Source: Gammaproteobacteria bacterium
GTDB taxonomy: Bacteria; Pseudomonadota; Gammaproteobacteria; Steroidobacterales; Foliamicaceae
Reading direction: 5' to 3'
NCBI GenBank assembly: GCA_965200225.1
Contig: CBDATM010000001.1
Location: forward strand, 975,878-1,039,877
Length of the DNA stretch: 64,000 nt
Positions 28,357-39,009 of the stretch are shown here, piece after piece. Position numbers and translations under genes: made by a program. The notes under the pieces are model-generated. The model saw only the letters and a program-made list of their open reading frames with translations. It had not been told where the DNA came from and did no database searches. The number at the start of each line of letters is the position of its first letter. Within the stretch, counting starts at the first letter, position 1.

Positions 28357-29039
28357 TGCGCGCGAAGATGCTTGAGTGCCTGGAGCGTGTCACCGGGCCG
28401 GATCCCACCCATGCGGTGATCTGGCTGCATGGCTTGGGCGCGGACGCCAGCGATTTCTGGCCCATCGTGCCGGAGCTTGCGCTGCCGCCGAGCATCGCCT
28501 GGCGATTCGTGCTGCCCAATGCGCCGGTGCGCAACGTAACGGTGAACGGCGGCATGCCCATGCGGGCCTGGTTCGACCTGTATGCGCTCGACCGGCTGCT
28601 GCCCGTGGACAGCGCCGGGATAGGTGCAAGCTGCGCGGCCCTGGAAGCGCTCATCGAGCGCGAGGAGCAGCTCGGAATCGCCCGCGACAAGATCGTGCTT
28701 GCCGGCTTCTCCCAGGGCGGCGCGATTGCGGCGCGCACCGCGCTGCTGGCCGAACGCCCGGTGGCCGCCGTGCTGGCGCTTTCTGCCTATCTGCCTTCAG
28801 CCGAATCTGTGAATCCGACAGCCGCGGCGGCGGAGCTCCCGTGTTTCGTGGCGCATGGCCGCTACGATGAAGTGCTGCCGTTTTGGCTGGGCCTTCAGTT
28901 GCGGTACGAATTAAAGGCGGCGGGCTGCGCGGTCCAGTTCCGCGAATACGAAATGGGACACCAGGTGTGCGCTCAGGAGATCGTGGACATCGCCGGGTTC
29001 CTCGTTGCCGTTGCCGCCGGCGAAACCGAAACCGACTGA
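28356..29039 (+). CDS. carboxylesterase/phospholipase family alpha/beta hydrolase
   Basis: VIWLHGLGAD, nucleophile elbow GFSQGG, HGRYDEVLP and a late His. The start may be the ATG at 28368. Confidence 0.8.
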   Translation: MRAKMLECLERVTGPDPTHAVIWLHGLGADASDFWPIVPELALPPSIAWRFVLPNAPVRNVTVNGGMPMRAWFDLYALDRLLPVDSAGIGASCAALEALIEREEQLGIARDKIVLAGFSQGGAIAARTALLAERPVAAVLALSAYLPSAESVNPTAAAAELPCFVAHGRYDEVLPFWLGLQLRYELKAAGCAVQFREYEMGHQVCAQEIVDIAGFLVAVAAGETETD

Positions 29040-29211
29040 AACCGACTGAAAATGGCAGAAACCGAACTGACTCGTTTCCCGCCTGCAAGCTCACTTCCCG
29101 CCCGCAATCCGGTTACCATGAGCCGCCGCGGCGTTCGCCGGCCGGGATGGACTCGGCGGGCAGGGTCGCGGGGTTGACGCGGCGCGGGCCTGCGCCGCAA
29201 GAGATCGAACT

Positions 29212-30186
29212 TTGGCGTTTTCACTTATCGAAATCTACATGGTGGCCGGCTTTTTGCTGGCAGCCTACGCGGTCGTTGCCAACGACTCCATCCAGACGCT
29301 GGGCACCTTTCTTTCCTCGAATTCCCATCGCCCCTGGTGGGCGTTGTGGCTGTTCGCTTCCGGCATTCTTGCAGCCGTTCTGGCCTACGGCTGGTTCTTT
29401 CACGACGGCGACGTTTCCTACGGACGCCTGGCAAAATTCCCGGTGCCCGAGGGGGGGATCAGTTGGGTCCACGTGATCCCGCCGCTGGCGTTGCTGATCC
29501 TCACGCGCCTGGGCGTACCGGTCAGCACTACCTTCCTGGTTCTGACCGTCTTCACCATCAGCAATCTCCAGGCCATGCTGATGAAGTCCCTGCTGGGCTA
29601 CCTGGTGGCGTTCGTCACCGCCATCGTCCTGTTCCGCCTGGTGTTCCACCGCGCCACGGAGTATTTTCACCGCACCCGCGGCCGCCCCATACCCCGCTAC
29701 TGGGTGCTGCTGCAATGGTCCTCGACGGCCTTTCTCTGGAGCCAGTGGCTGATTCAGGATCTGGCCAATATCTTCGTCTACCTGCCCCGGCAACTCTCGG
29801 TTTCCTGGCTGGTTTTCGGCGTGGTGGTGCTGGTCGCCATTCAGGGCTACATCTTCTACACCTTCGGCGGCGTGATTCAGAAGATCGTTCTCTCGAAAAC
29901 CGACACCACCGACATCCGCGCCGCCACCATCATCGACTTCATCTACGGCATCGTGCTGCTGCTGTTCAAGGAAGTCAGCAACATCCCCATGAGCACCACC
30001 TGGGTCTTTCTGGGCCTGCTGGCCGGCCGGGAGTTCGCGCTCTCCATGTATCTGGCGGACACCGATTTCAAGCGCACCCTGCGCAACGTGTCCATGGACG
30101 CGCTCAAGGCCTTGTCCGGCCTGATCGTAAGCGTCATCCTCGCGCTGCTGCTTCCCTACCTCAACCGCGTCCTGTTCGGAGGCTGA
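29212..30186 (+). CDS. polytopic membrane protein, distantly PiT/PHO4-like anion permease
   Basis: About 8 hydrophobic helices. VANDSIQTLGTF near the N-terminus and PMSTTWVFLGLLAGREFA near the C-terminus recall the duplicated GANDVAN and P.STT motifs of PiT transporters. The assignment is tentative. Confidence 0.5.
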   Translation: MAFSLIEIYMVAGFLLAAYAVVANDSIQTLGTFLSSNSHRPWWALWLFASGILAAVLAYGWFFHDGDVSYGRLAKFPVPEGGISWVHVIPPLALLILTRLGVPVSTTFLVLTVFTISNLQAMLMKSLLGYLVAFVTAIVLFRLVFHRATEYFHRTRGRPIPRYWVLLQWSSTAFLWSQWLIQDLANIFVYLPRQLSVSWLVFGVVVLVAIQGYIFYTFGGVIQKIVLSKTDTTDIRAATIIDFIYGIVLLLFKEVSNIPMSTTWVFLGLLAGREFALSMYLADTDFKRTLRNVSMDALKALSGLIVSVILALLLPYLNRVLFGG

Positions 30187-30268
30187 GTAGCATTGCCTTC
30201 AACCTCCTCCCCACCTCTGTCCCCAATGACCCCGATCATCGCGCCGCATCTCCCCCCGCGCCTGCTTT

Positions 30269-30386
30269 GTGCGCTATTGCGTTCCCTCTCTGTGTGGGGA
30301 CCTTGCGAGGGCAGGACGCCCGAGCAGAGCCCACAAGGATGTGCTCGTAGCGTGTCCCCACACAGAGAGGGAACGCAATAGCGCAC
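30269..30386 (+). repeat. palindromic intergenic element, copy C (core 30293-30362)
   Basis: Arms GTGCGCTATTGCGTTCCCTCTCTG and CAGAGAGGGAACGCAATAGCGCAC flank the core TGTGGGGACCTTGCGAGGGCAGGACGCCCGAGCAGAGCCCACAAGGATGTGCTCGTAGCGTGTCCCCACA. Confidence 0.85.
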
Positions 30387-30560
30387 CGGCGAACCTACGG
30401 CGGAGCAAGCATGGCTGCCCACTGCAACACAAGACCCGCGAGTGCGCGACGCATCGCCAGCTTTTTCTGCTAGAGTTTCCCTCCCGCGAATTGGGGAGCG
30501 CATCTCATTTCCACACTCGACTGGATCGTTATAGGCTCCTATTTCGCGCTGATACTCTGG

Positions 30561-32126
30561 GTGGCCTGGGTCGCCGGACGTAAACGGCAGGCAGGCCGCG
30601 CCGAGTTCTTTCTGGCGGGACGCAACGTCGGCTGGTTCATCGTCGGCGCTTCGATATTCGCCTCCAATATCGGCTCCGAACACCTGGTGGGTCTGGCCGG
30701 CTCCGCCGCCAGCGAGGGCGTTCCGGTGGCGCAGTTCGAGATCCTGGCGGCATTCGCCCTGCTTCTGCTCGGCTGGCTGTTCGTGCCCTTTTATCTGCGC
30801 TCCGGGGTGTTCACCATGCCGGAGTTCCTGGAAAAGCGTTATTCCCAGGGGCCGCGCACCTATCTCGCGGTGATCTCCGTGGTGGGCTACGTCCTCACCA
30901 AGATTGCGGTCACGGTGGCCGCGGGCGGCATCGTGTTTGAAACGCTCATGGGCATCCCCTTCTGGTGGGGCGCCCTTGCCATCGTGGCGTTGACCGGCCT
31001 GTACACGGCCTGGGGCGGTCTGCGCGCAGTGCTCTACACCGACATGGTGCAGATGTTCGTGCTGCTGGGCGGTGCCATTGCCGTCACCATGATCGGACTG
31101 AACGCGGTGGGCGGCTGGGAAGGAATGCAGGCCGCCGTCAAACCGCAAGCCTTCAGCCTGTGGCGGGACATGAATCACCCCGAATTCCCCTGGACCGGCA
31201 TTCTGTTCGGCGCTCCCATCCTGGCGGTCTGGTACTGGTGCACCGACCAGTTCATCGTGCAGCGGGTCCTGGCGGCGAATGGAATCCGCGATGCGCGCCG
31301 CGGCACCATCCTGGGCGCCTGGCTGAAGCAACTGCCATTGTTCCTGTTCGTGCTGCCGGGCGTGCTGGCGCTGGCGCTGAGCAATACCGGCGTTCTGGAA
31401 CTCCAGGACCCCGACCAGGCGCTTCCCGCCATGATCGGCGCGCTGTTGCCGGCGGGCCTGAAGGGTCTGGTGGCCGCAGGGCTTCTGGCGGCGCTGATGA
31501 GTTCGCTGTCTTCGGTGTTCAATTCCGCCTCCACCATCTTTACCGTGGACCTCTATCGCCGGTTTGCGCGCGGCGTGAGCGAGGCGAGGCTGGTGACCGT
31601 GGGGCGCGCGGCGACCGCCGTGATGGTGGTTATGGCGCTGTTGTGGATTCCCTTCATGGACCTGGTTTCCAGCGGCTTGTTCACCTATCTGCAGAGCGTG
31701 CAGGCCTATATCGCCCCGCCCATTGCCGCGGTGTTCCTGGTGGGCGTGCTGTGGCGCGGCGCCAACGCTTCCGGCGCAAAGTGGTCGCTGGGCGTGGGCG
31801 CGGTTCTGGGTCTCGCGCGCTTGGCGGTGGAAGTGATGGTCGGCGCCCGCCCGGAGACGTTTGATGGCAGCATCTGGGCTTCGCTGGCGGCAATCAACTT
31901 TCTGCACGTGGCCATTGGCCTGTTCGTTGTTTCCACCGCGGTTCTGGTGGGCGTAAGCCTCGCCACCGGTGGCGGTGGCGAATCGAGTCTTACGGTCCGG
32001 CGCGGGGACGTTCTCGCGCAGGATGGCTGGCGCAGCGATCTGGCGTTGAGCGCCGGCGTGCTGCTGCTGGTATTGTTGATCTGGATTGTTTTTTCTGGCG
32101 CGGTCCTGGCGGGCCGAGGAGTTTAA
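30561..32126 (+). CDS. sodium:solute symporter (SSS/SGLT family)
   Basis: FFLAGRNVGWFIVGASIFASNIGSEHLVGLAG is a typical SGLT signature. An apparent first TM helix (LDWIVIGSYFALILW) is encoded in frame upstream of the listed GTG. No ATG/GTG/TTG lies in that upstream stretch. Confidence 0.9.
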   Translation: MAWVAGRKRQAGRAEFFLAGRNVGWFIVGASIFASNIGSEHLVGLAGSAASEGVPVAQFEILAAFALLLLGWLFVPFYLRSGVFTMPEFLEKRYSQGPRTYLAVISVVGYVLTKIAVTVAAGGIVFETLMGIPFWWGALAIVALTGLYTAWGGLRAVLYTDMVQMFVLLGGAIAVTMIGLNAVGGWEGMQAAVKPQAFSLWRDMNHPEFPWTGILFGAPILAVWYWCTDQFIVQRVLAANGIRDARRGTILGAWLKQLPLFLFVLPGVLALALSNTGVLELQDPDQALPAMIGALLPAGLKGLVAAGLLAALMSSLSSVFNSASTIFTVDLYRRFARGVSEARLVTVGRAATAVMVVMALLWIPFMDLVSSGLFTYLQSVQAYIAPPIAAVFLVGVLWRGANASGAKWSLGVGAVLGLARLAVEVMVGARPETFDGSIWASLAAINFLHVAIGLFVVSTAVLVGVSLATGGGGESSLTVRRGDVLAQDGWRSDLALSAGVLLLVLLIWIVFSGAVLAGRGV

Positions 32127-32128
32127 TC

Positions 32129-34852
32129 ATGGGTGCAAGAAATTCGGGCGTTAACTGGCCCCTGTTGCGCGGCCTTGCGGCGCTGGCGTCCTGCGGTCTG
32201 CTGTCGGCAGCCTGGGCGCAGGACGAGATTTCCGGCGACGGCGAGGACCCGCTGGCCATGGAGGAGATCGTGGTGACCGCAACCAAGCGGTCCACCAACC
32301 TCATGGAAACGCCGCTGGCTGTTTCGGCGTTTACCCAGGACGACCTGGACCGCGAAGGCGTGGCGGACGTTACCGACCTCAGCGCTCTGGTTCCGGGCCT
32401 GGAAGTGGGCCTGTCGCCGTCCGATTCCGGCGTGCAGGTTACGGTGCGAGGCATTACCTCGAACAACTTCACGGAACTGGGCGACCCCAGCGTGGGCATC
32501 CATGTGGACGGGATGTATTCTCCGCGCCCGCAGAGCGGACTGGCGATGATGCACGACGTGGACCGGGTGGAAATCCTGCGCGGCCCGCAAGGCACCCTGT
32601 TCGGCCGCAATTCCACCTCCGGCGCCATCAACATCATCTCGGCCCGTCCGAAGTTCGATTCCATGAGCGGCTACGTAAGCGTGGGATACGGGCGATTTTC
32701 GGCGCTGAACATGCACGGCGTGCTGAATCTGCCAGTGTCGGACAGCTTTGCACTGCGCACCGCGGTCATGGTGGACCGCGCCGATTCCTACATCTATCAG
32801 GAACCGGACTACTTCGATCTGGCCTGGGATACCGACAACGACGGCTCGCTGGACGGACCTCACGATGTGCGTCCCGACGGCATTCCCAATGTGGATCAGC
32901 GCCGCAATGAGGACGTGGGCGATTCCGACGCCTACTTCAACGCCGACCGATGGGCCGGACGGATTTCGGCCCTGTTCACTCCGGGCGACGCGATTACCTG
33001 GTTGCTGAGCTACGAGCACTACAACGACCGCGGCGCCGGCACGCTCAGCCTCAAGGATTGCGAGAAGGCCGAGGGCACCTTCTTCGCCTGCGACCACGAC
33101 CAGTGGTACGCCACCGTGAACGTGCCGGGCAAGCTGGACATGAGCATCCGCACCCTTCGTTCGGAGTTGGTCTGGGATGTGGCCGAGACCATGGTCTTCG
33201 AGCTTCGCCTGGCGCATTCCTCGCAGGAACGCTTCCAACAATATGACGGCGATGGTGGCGTATATCCCCATCCCGATCATCCGGCTTACGGCATCAACCG
33301 GAACTGTTGCGGCCAATGGTCCTCGCTGCTGATCCGCGATCCGGAGGCGATTATCGCCGCCGGATTCCAGCCGTACGCCATTCAGCCCTGGAACGATCTG
33401 CAACTCACCACCAACTACTCCGACTACGACTCCAGGGTGGCGGAAGTGCAACTGAAGTCGCTCAGCGACGCGCCCCTGCAGTGGATTGGCGGCCTGTTCT
33501 GGATGCGCGAGGACAACGCCATCCGCTTCGACGTGGAAAATCCCTTCTGTTGCGAGTTCGTGCGCCCCCTGGCGCTGTCCTTCGTGCAGCCGGATCGTCA
33601 GGTTCACGCCGAGGCGGCGTTTCTGCAGCTCGATTACTCCATGAACGAGCAGCTGAATTTCACTTTCGGCTACCGTCACACTCGCGACGAGAAGATCGAC
33701 AATGGCGGCAAGAACCACGAGACCATCGGTTACTGGGTCAATCCGACCCTCTATGGGCCGCCCAACGATTTCTGGTATGAATCCTATACCTTTATCGGCG
33801 ATCCGTATGGCTGGGGAATCACCAACCACACCGACTACTATCAGTCCGATGACCTGACCGATCAGCACGGCACGCTCAGCGCCGACTTTCTCTCGCGGGT
33901 GCCGGGCACCGACAACAGCTACCAGGCCGATTGGAGCAAGAGCACCTGGCGCGTCGGCGCGGACTATCTGGTGAACGAGGATCTGTTCCTGTACGGATAT
34001 GTGGCGACCGGATACCGGGCCGGCGGCTTCGGAGACAACGTGGATGTTACCGGCTGTGGCGATTTCGAGAATTTCGACTTCGACCCGGAATACAACACCA
34101 CCTGGGAATTCGGCTGGAAGAGCACCCATCTTGAAGGCAGGCTCAACCTGCTGGGCGCAGTGTTCTACAGCGATTATTCCGACATGCAGCGCACCCTGTG
34201 GGCGGTGATCGGCAATCGCTACGATTGCGCCACCGGCGAGGAACTGGAACAAACCATCGGCACCTTGCTGACCACCAACTTGGCCGGCGCCGACATCAAG
34301 GGCATCGAGTTCGAATGGGACTGGTGGGCTTGGGAAGGCGGCCGGTTCTTTGGCTGGGTGAACTACCTGGACGCCAAGATTTCGGAAATGGAAGGCGCCG
34401 AGGACGGCTGGTACTGCTTCGAGCGCGCCTGGATGGGCCTGACTCCCTGCCCGCCGCCGAATCCGGCGCAGGGTGGCAGGCGCACTGCGGACTTCACCGG
34501 AAATCGTCTGCCCTGGTCGCCGCGCTGGTCCACCTCGATGTTCGTGGAGCACAACTGGTATCGGGGCGATTTGCGGCTCAGCCCGTATTTCTCCGCCCAC
34601 TGGTCCTCGGAGATGTTCTTCAACGACAACAACTTCGATGAAGGCCCGTATCACACCGGACAACCCGCCACCGCCACTTTCAGTCTGGCGTTTCGGGTCA
34701 TCAACGAGAAAGCGGCCTGGGCGCTGGAACTGTATTCGTACAACCTTACCGACGAATACGTGCGCGCCTGGATGGATGGCGGTCCGGGCTTCCTGCGGGC
34801 CAGTTTCTTCCCTCCGCGCACCTATGGCGTGAAGTTCCGCAAGGACTTCTGA
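32129..34852 (+). CDS. TonB-dependent receptor
   Basis: A signal peptide, a plug region (EEIVVTATKRSTNLMETPLAVSAF) and a long beta-barrel ending ..YGVKFRKDF with a terminal aromatic residue. Confidence 0.92.
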   Translation: MGARNSGVNWPLLRGLAALASCGLLSAAWAQDEISGDGEDPLAMEEIVVTATKRSTNLMETPLAVSAFTQDDLDREGVADVTDLSALVPGLEVGLSPSDSGVQVTVRGITSNNFTELGDPSVGIHVDGMYSPRPQSGLAMMHDVDRVEILRGPQGTLFGRNSTSGAINIISARPKFDSMSGYVSVGYGRFSALNMHGVLNLPVSDSFALRTAVMVDRADSYIYQEPDYFDLAWDTDNDGSLDGPHDVRPDGIPNVDQRRNEDVGDSDAYFNADRWAGRISALFTPGDAITWLLSYEHYNDRGAGTLSLKDCEKAEGTFFACDHDQWYATVNVPGKLDMSIRTLRSELVWDVAETMVFELRLAHSSQERFQQYDGDGGVYPHPDHPAYGINRNCCGQWSSLLIRDPEAIIAAGFQPYAIQPWNDLQLTTNYSDYDSRVAEVQLKSLSDAPLQWIGGLFWMREDNAIRFDVENPFCCEFVRPLALSFVQPDRQVHAEAAFLQLDYSMNEQLNFTFGYRHTRDEKIDNGGKNHETIGYWVNPTLYGPPNDFWYESYTFIGDPYGWGITNHTDYYQSDDLTDQHGTLSADFLSRVPGTDNSYQADWSKSTWRVGADYLVNEDLFLYGYVATGYRAGGFGDNVDVTGCGDFENFDFDPEYNTTWEFGWKSTHLEGRLNLLGAVFYSDYSDMQRTLWAVIGNRYDCATGEELEQTIGTLLTTNLAGADIKGIEFEWDWWAWEGGRFFGWVNYLDAKISEMEGAEDGWYCFERAWMGLTPCPPPNPAQGGRRTADFTGNRLPWSPRWSTSMFVEHNWYRGDLRLSPYFSAHWSSEMFFNDNNFDEGPYHTGQPATATFSLAFRVINEKAAWALELYSYNLTDEYVRAWMDGGPGFLRASFFPPRTYGVKFRKDF

Positions 34853-34866
34853 GCCGGCCCTGCGGC

Positions 34867-36858
<1,992 letters not shown>

Positions 36859-36889
36859 CGCCCTTCGGGTACAATCCACCCGCTGCTTG

Positions 36890-36965
<76 letters not shown>

Positions 36966-36975
36966 GCACCCCGGC

Positions 36976-37050
36976 GTCCCCATCGTCTAGTGGTTAGGAC
37001 ACCGGCCTTTCACGCCGGCAACAGGGGTTCGAATCCCCTTGGGGACGCCA
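36976..37050 (+). tRNA. tRNA-Glu (anticodon TTC)
   Basis: GTCCCCATCGTCTAGTGGTTAGGACACCGGCCTTTCACGCCGG..GGGGACGCCA, close to E. coli tRNA-Glu. Confidence 0.92.
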
Positions 37051-37086
37051 CCTATTGCGAGAGAATTTCGAGTTGAACACACCGTG

Positions 37087-37920
37087 ATGACTGTTGCCCG
37101 GGGAACGGCGGGCTCGATCTGCGCTCCGCAGACGCAATCCGCTCCGCTGCTGCACGATGGCGAGCCGCCTCCGTACCAGGTGCTGCGGGGCGATTCCCCC
37201 GCCCCCCAACTTGTCATTTGCGATCATGCCAGCGGGCGCATTCCGCGACGGCTGGATTACCTGGGCCTGCCGCCGGAACATCGCCACACGCATATCGCGC
37301 TGGACATCGGCGCCGGCGATCTGGCGCGCGCGCTGGGCGACCGCCTTGACGCCACCACCATCCTCTGCAATTACTCGCGGCTGGTGGTGGACTGCAACCG
37401 GGCGATCAGCGACGGGTCCGCCTTTCTGGACTTCAGCGACGGCGTTCCGGTGCCGGGCAACATGCAGATGAGCGAGGAACAGAAGGCGGCCCGCGTGGCG
37501 GCCATTCACGGCCCGTACCACACCGCGGTCGACCGGGAACAGGACCGCCTGCTCAGCATTGTGCAGGCCCCGGTCCTGATCGCCATACACAGCTTCACAC
37601 GCTTTCTGGAAGGCCAGGACCGGCGCTGGGATTGTGGAGTGTTATGGGATCTCGACGCGCGCATAGCCGCTCCGCTGCTGGACGGCCTGCGGTCCGACGG
37701 CGAGTTGCTCGTGGGAGACAACGAGCCGTATTCGGGAAGGCACAAGGAGGATTACTCCGTAGACCATCACGCCGAGGCGCGGCGCTTCCCCTATGCGGCC
37801 GTGGAAGTGCGCCAGGATCTGCTGGAAACGCCTGCCGCGGTCCAGCGCATGGCCGACCGCCTCCATGCTGTTCTGCGTCCGGTCCTGGACGAACCGCAAC
37901 TTTACACGCTGCGTCCTTGA
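37087..37920 (+). CDS. N-formylglutamate amidohydrolase family protein
   Basis: LVICDHASGRIP, YSRLVVDCNR, PVLIAIHSFT and DNEPYSG fit the FGase (PF05013-like) pattern. I placed the start after the tRNA-Glu gene. Confidence 0.78.
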   Translation: MTVARGTAGSICAPQTQSAPLLHDGEPPPYQVLRGDSPAPQLVICDHASGRIPRRLDYLGLPPEHRHTHIALDIGAGDLARALGDRLDATTILCNYSRLVVDCNRAISDGSAFLDFSDGVPVPGNMQMSEEQKAARVAAIHGPYHTAVDREQDRLLSIVQAPVLIAIHSFTRFLEGQDRRWDCGVLWDLDARIAAPLLDGLRSDGELLVGDNEPYSGRHKEDYSVDHHAEARRFPYAAVEVRQDLLETPAAVQRMADRLHAVLRPVLDEPQLYTLRP

Positions 37921-37928
37921 CCCGCATA

Positions 37929-37966
37929 TTTACGGATCAAGGACCTGTTTACGGATCAAGGACCTG
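37929..37966. repeat. perfect 19-bp tandem duplication TTTACGGATCAAGGACCTG x2 immediately 5' of dps
   Basis: Copies lie at 37929-37947 and 37948-37966. The second copy runs into the AGGAAG Shine-Dalgarno of dps. Confidence 0.9.
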
Positions 37967-37978
37967 AGGAAGCAACCC

Positions 37979-38467
37979 ATGAAAACAGAACTCCACCCCA
38001 GCAAGATCGACCTGGCCGAATCCACGCGCCAGCAGATGGTGCAATTGCTCAACGCTCGTCTGGCCGACGCGGTCAACTTCGCCACGCAGATGAAGCAGGC
38101 CCACTGGAACGTGAAGGGACCGTCCTTCATCGCGCTGCATGAACTTTTCGACGCCATTCACGCCGACACCCTTGTGCATGTGGACGATCTTGCCGAGCGC
38201 ATCACCACTCTTGGCGGAACGGCGCTGGGCACGGCTGCCGTGGCCGCCGCCGAGTCCGGATTGCCCGAATATCCGCTGCACATCTTTTCCGGAACCGAGC
38301 ATGTGGACGCGGTCAGCACGGCGCTTGCCGCATTCGGCGCGGCCATCCGCGCGGCCATAGCCGCGGCCGGCGATGCCGGCGACGCCGACACCGAAGACCT
38401 GTTGGTGGAGATTTCGCGGGCCGTGGACAAGAACCTCTGGCTGGTGGAGGCGCACGTCCAGGCATGA
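37979..38467 (+). CDS. dps: DNA starvation/stationary-phase protection protein Dps
   Basis: 162 aa. HWNVKGPSFIALHELFD..DDLAERI is the ferroxidase-centre region. The start is the internal ATG of ORF 37793..38467. Confidence 0.92.
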   Translation: MKTELHPSKIDLAESTRQQMVQLLNARLADAVNFATQMKQAHWNVKGPSFIALHELFDAIHADTLVHVDDLAERITTLGGTALGTAAVAAAESGLPEYPLHIFSGTEHVDAVSTALAAFGAAIRAAIAAAGDAGDADTEDLLVEISRAVDKNLWLVEAHVQA

Positions 38468-38511
38468 GCGGACAGGGCTGCCGGCCGCCACGGCACCAGG
38501 CAGAGACCAGC

Positions 38512-38537
38512 GGGCCCAGTCCCGCCGGGCTCTTTTT
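38512..38537 (+). terminator. possible rho-independent terminator of dps
   Basis: GGGCCC-(9 nt)-GGGCTC forms a stem with one G:U pair, followed by TTTTT. Confidence 0.35.
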
Positions 38538-38679
38538 GCGGGTTCGTGGGCGGCTTGTTTGCGGTTTATGCGCGAATTTGTAGCGCGCCCGGCGATTCCG
38601 CGTTATGATTTCCACTACTAAAAACAGGGCGGGCCGGAGCCGAGAGGCCCGGTCAGTCGTATAAAAGGGGGCTTTGGGC

Positions 38680-38874
38680 ATGCTGATTCTTACCCGCCGG
38701 ACGGGAGAAGCCGTAATCATTGGCGACAATGTGCGCATAGCGGTGCTGGACATTCGTGGCAACCAGGTGAGGCTCGGCGTGGAAGCGCCGCGCGAGGTAA
38801 CCGTGCATCGTGAAGAGGTGTATCGGCGCATCGTGGAAGAGCACGGCAACGTCGCCAACGACCAGGACGACTAG
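38680..38874 (+). CDS. csrA: carbon storage regulator CsrA
   Basis: [48 protein letters not shown]. Confidence 0.95.
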   Translation: MLILTRRTGEAVIIGDNVRIAVLDIRGNQVRLGVEAPREVTVHREEVYRRIVEEHGNVANDQDD

Positions 38875-38883
38875 CGCGTGACC

Positions 38884-38976
<93 letters not shown>

Positions 38977-39009
38977 CTCGTTCGGAACGAAAGCGCCGGC
39001 ACGGACGCC

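Noticed and set aside
29031-29050. A tandem ACCGACTGAA x2 at the end of the carboxylesterase gene.
   Set aside because: There are only two short units, and they overlap the stop codon. There is no further periodicity or partner site.
16190-30386. Whether the palindromic elements could be a CRISPR array or a CRISPR remnant.
   Set aside because: The copies are 5-9 kb apart in separate intergenic regions, in mixed orientation. Each is a long hairpin of more than 100 nt. There is no repeat-spacer periodicity, and no cas gene is in the window.
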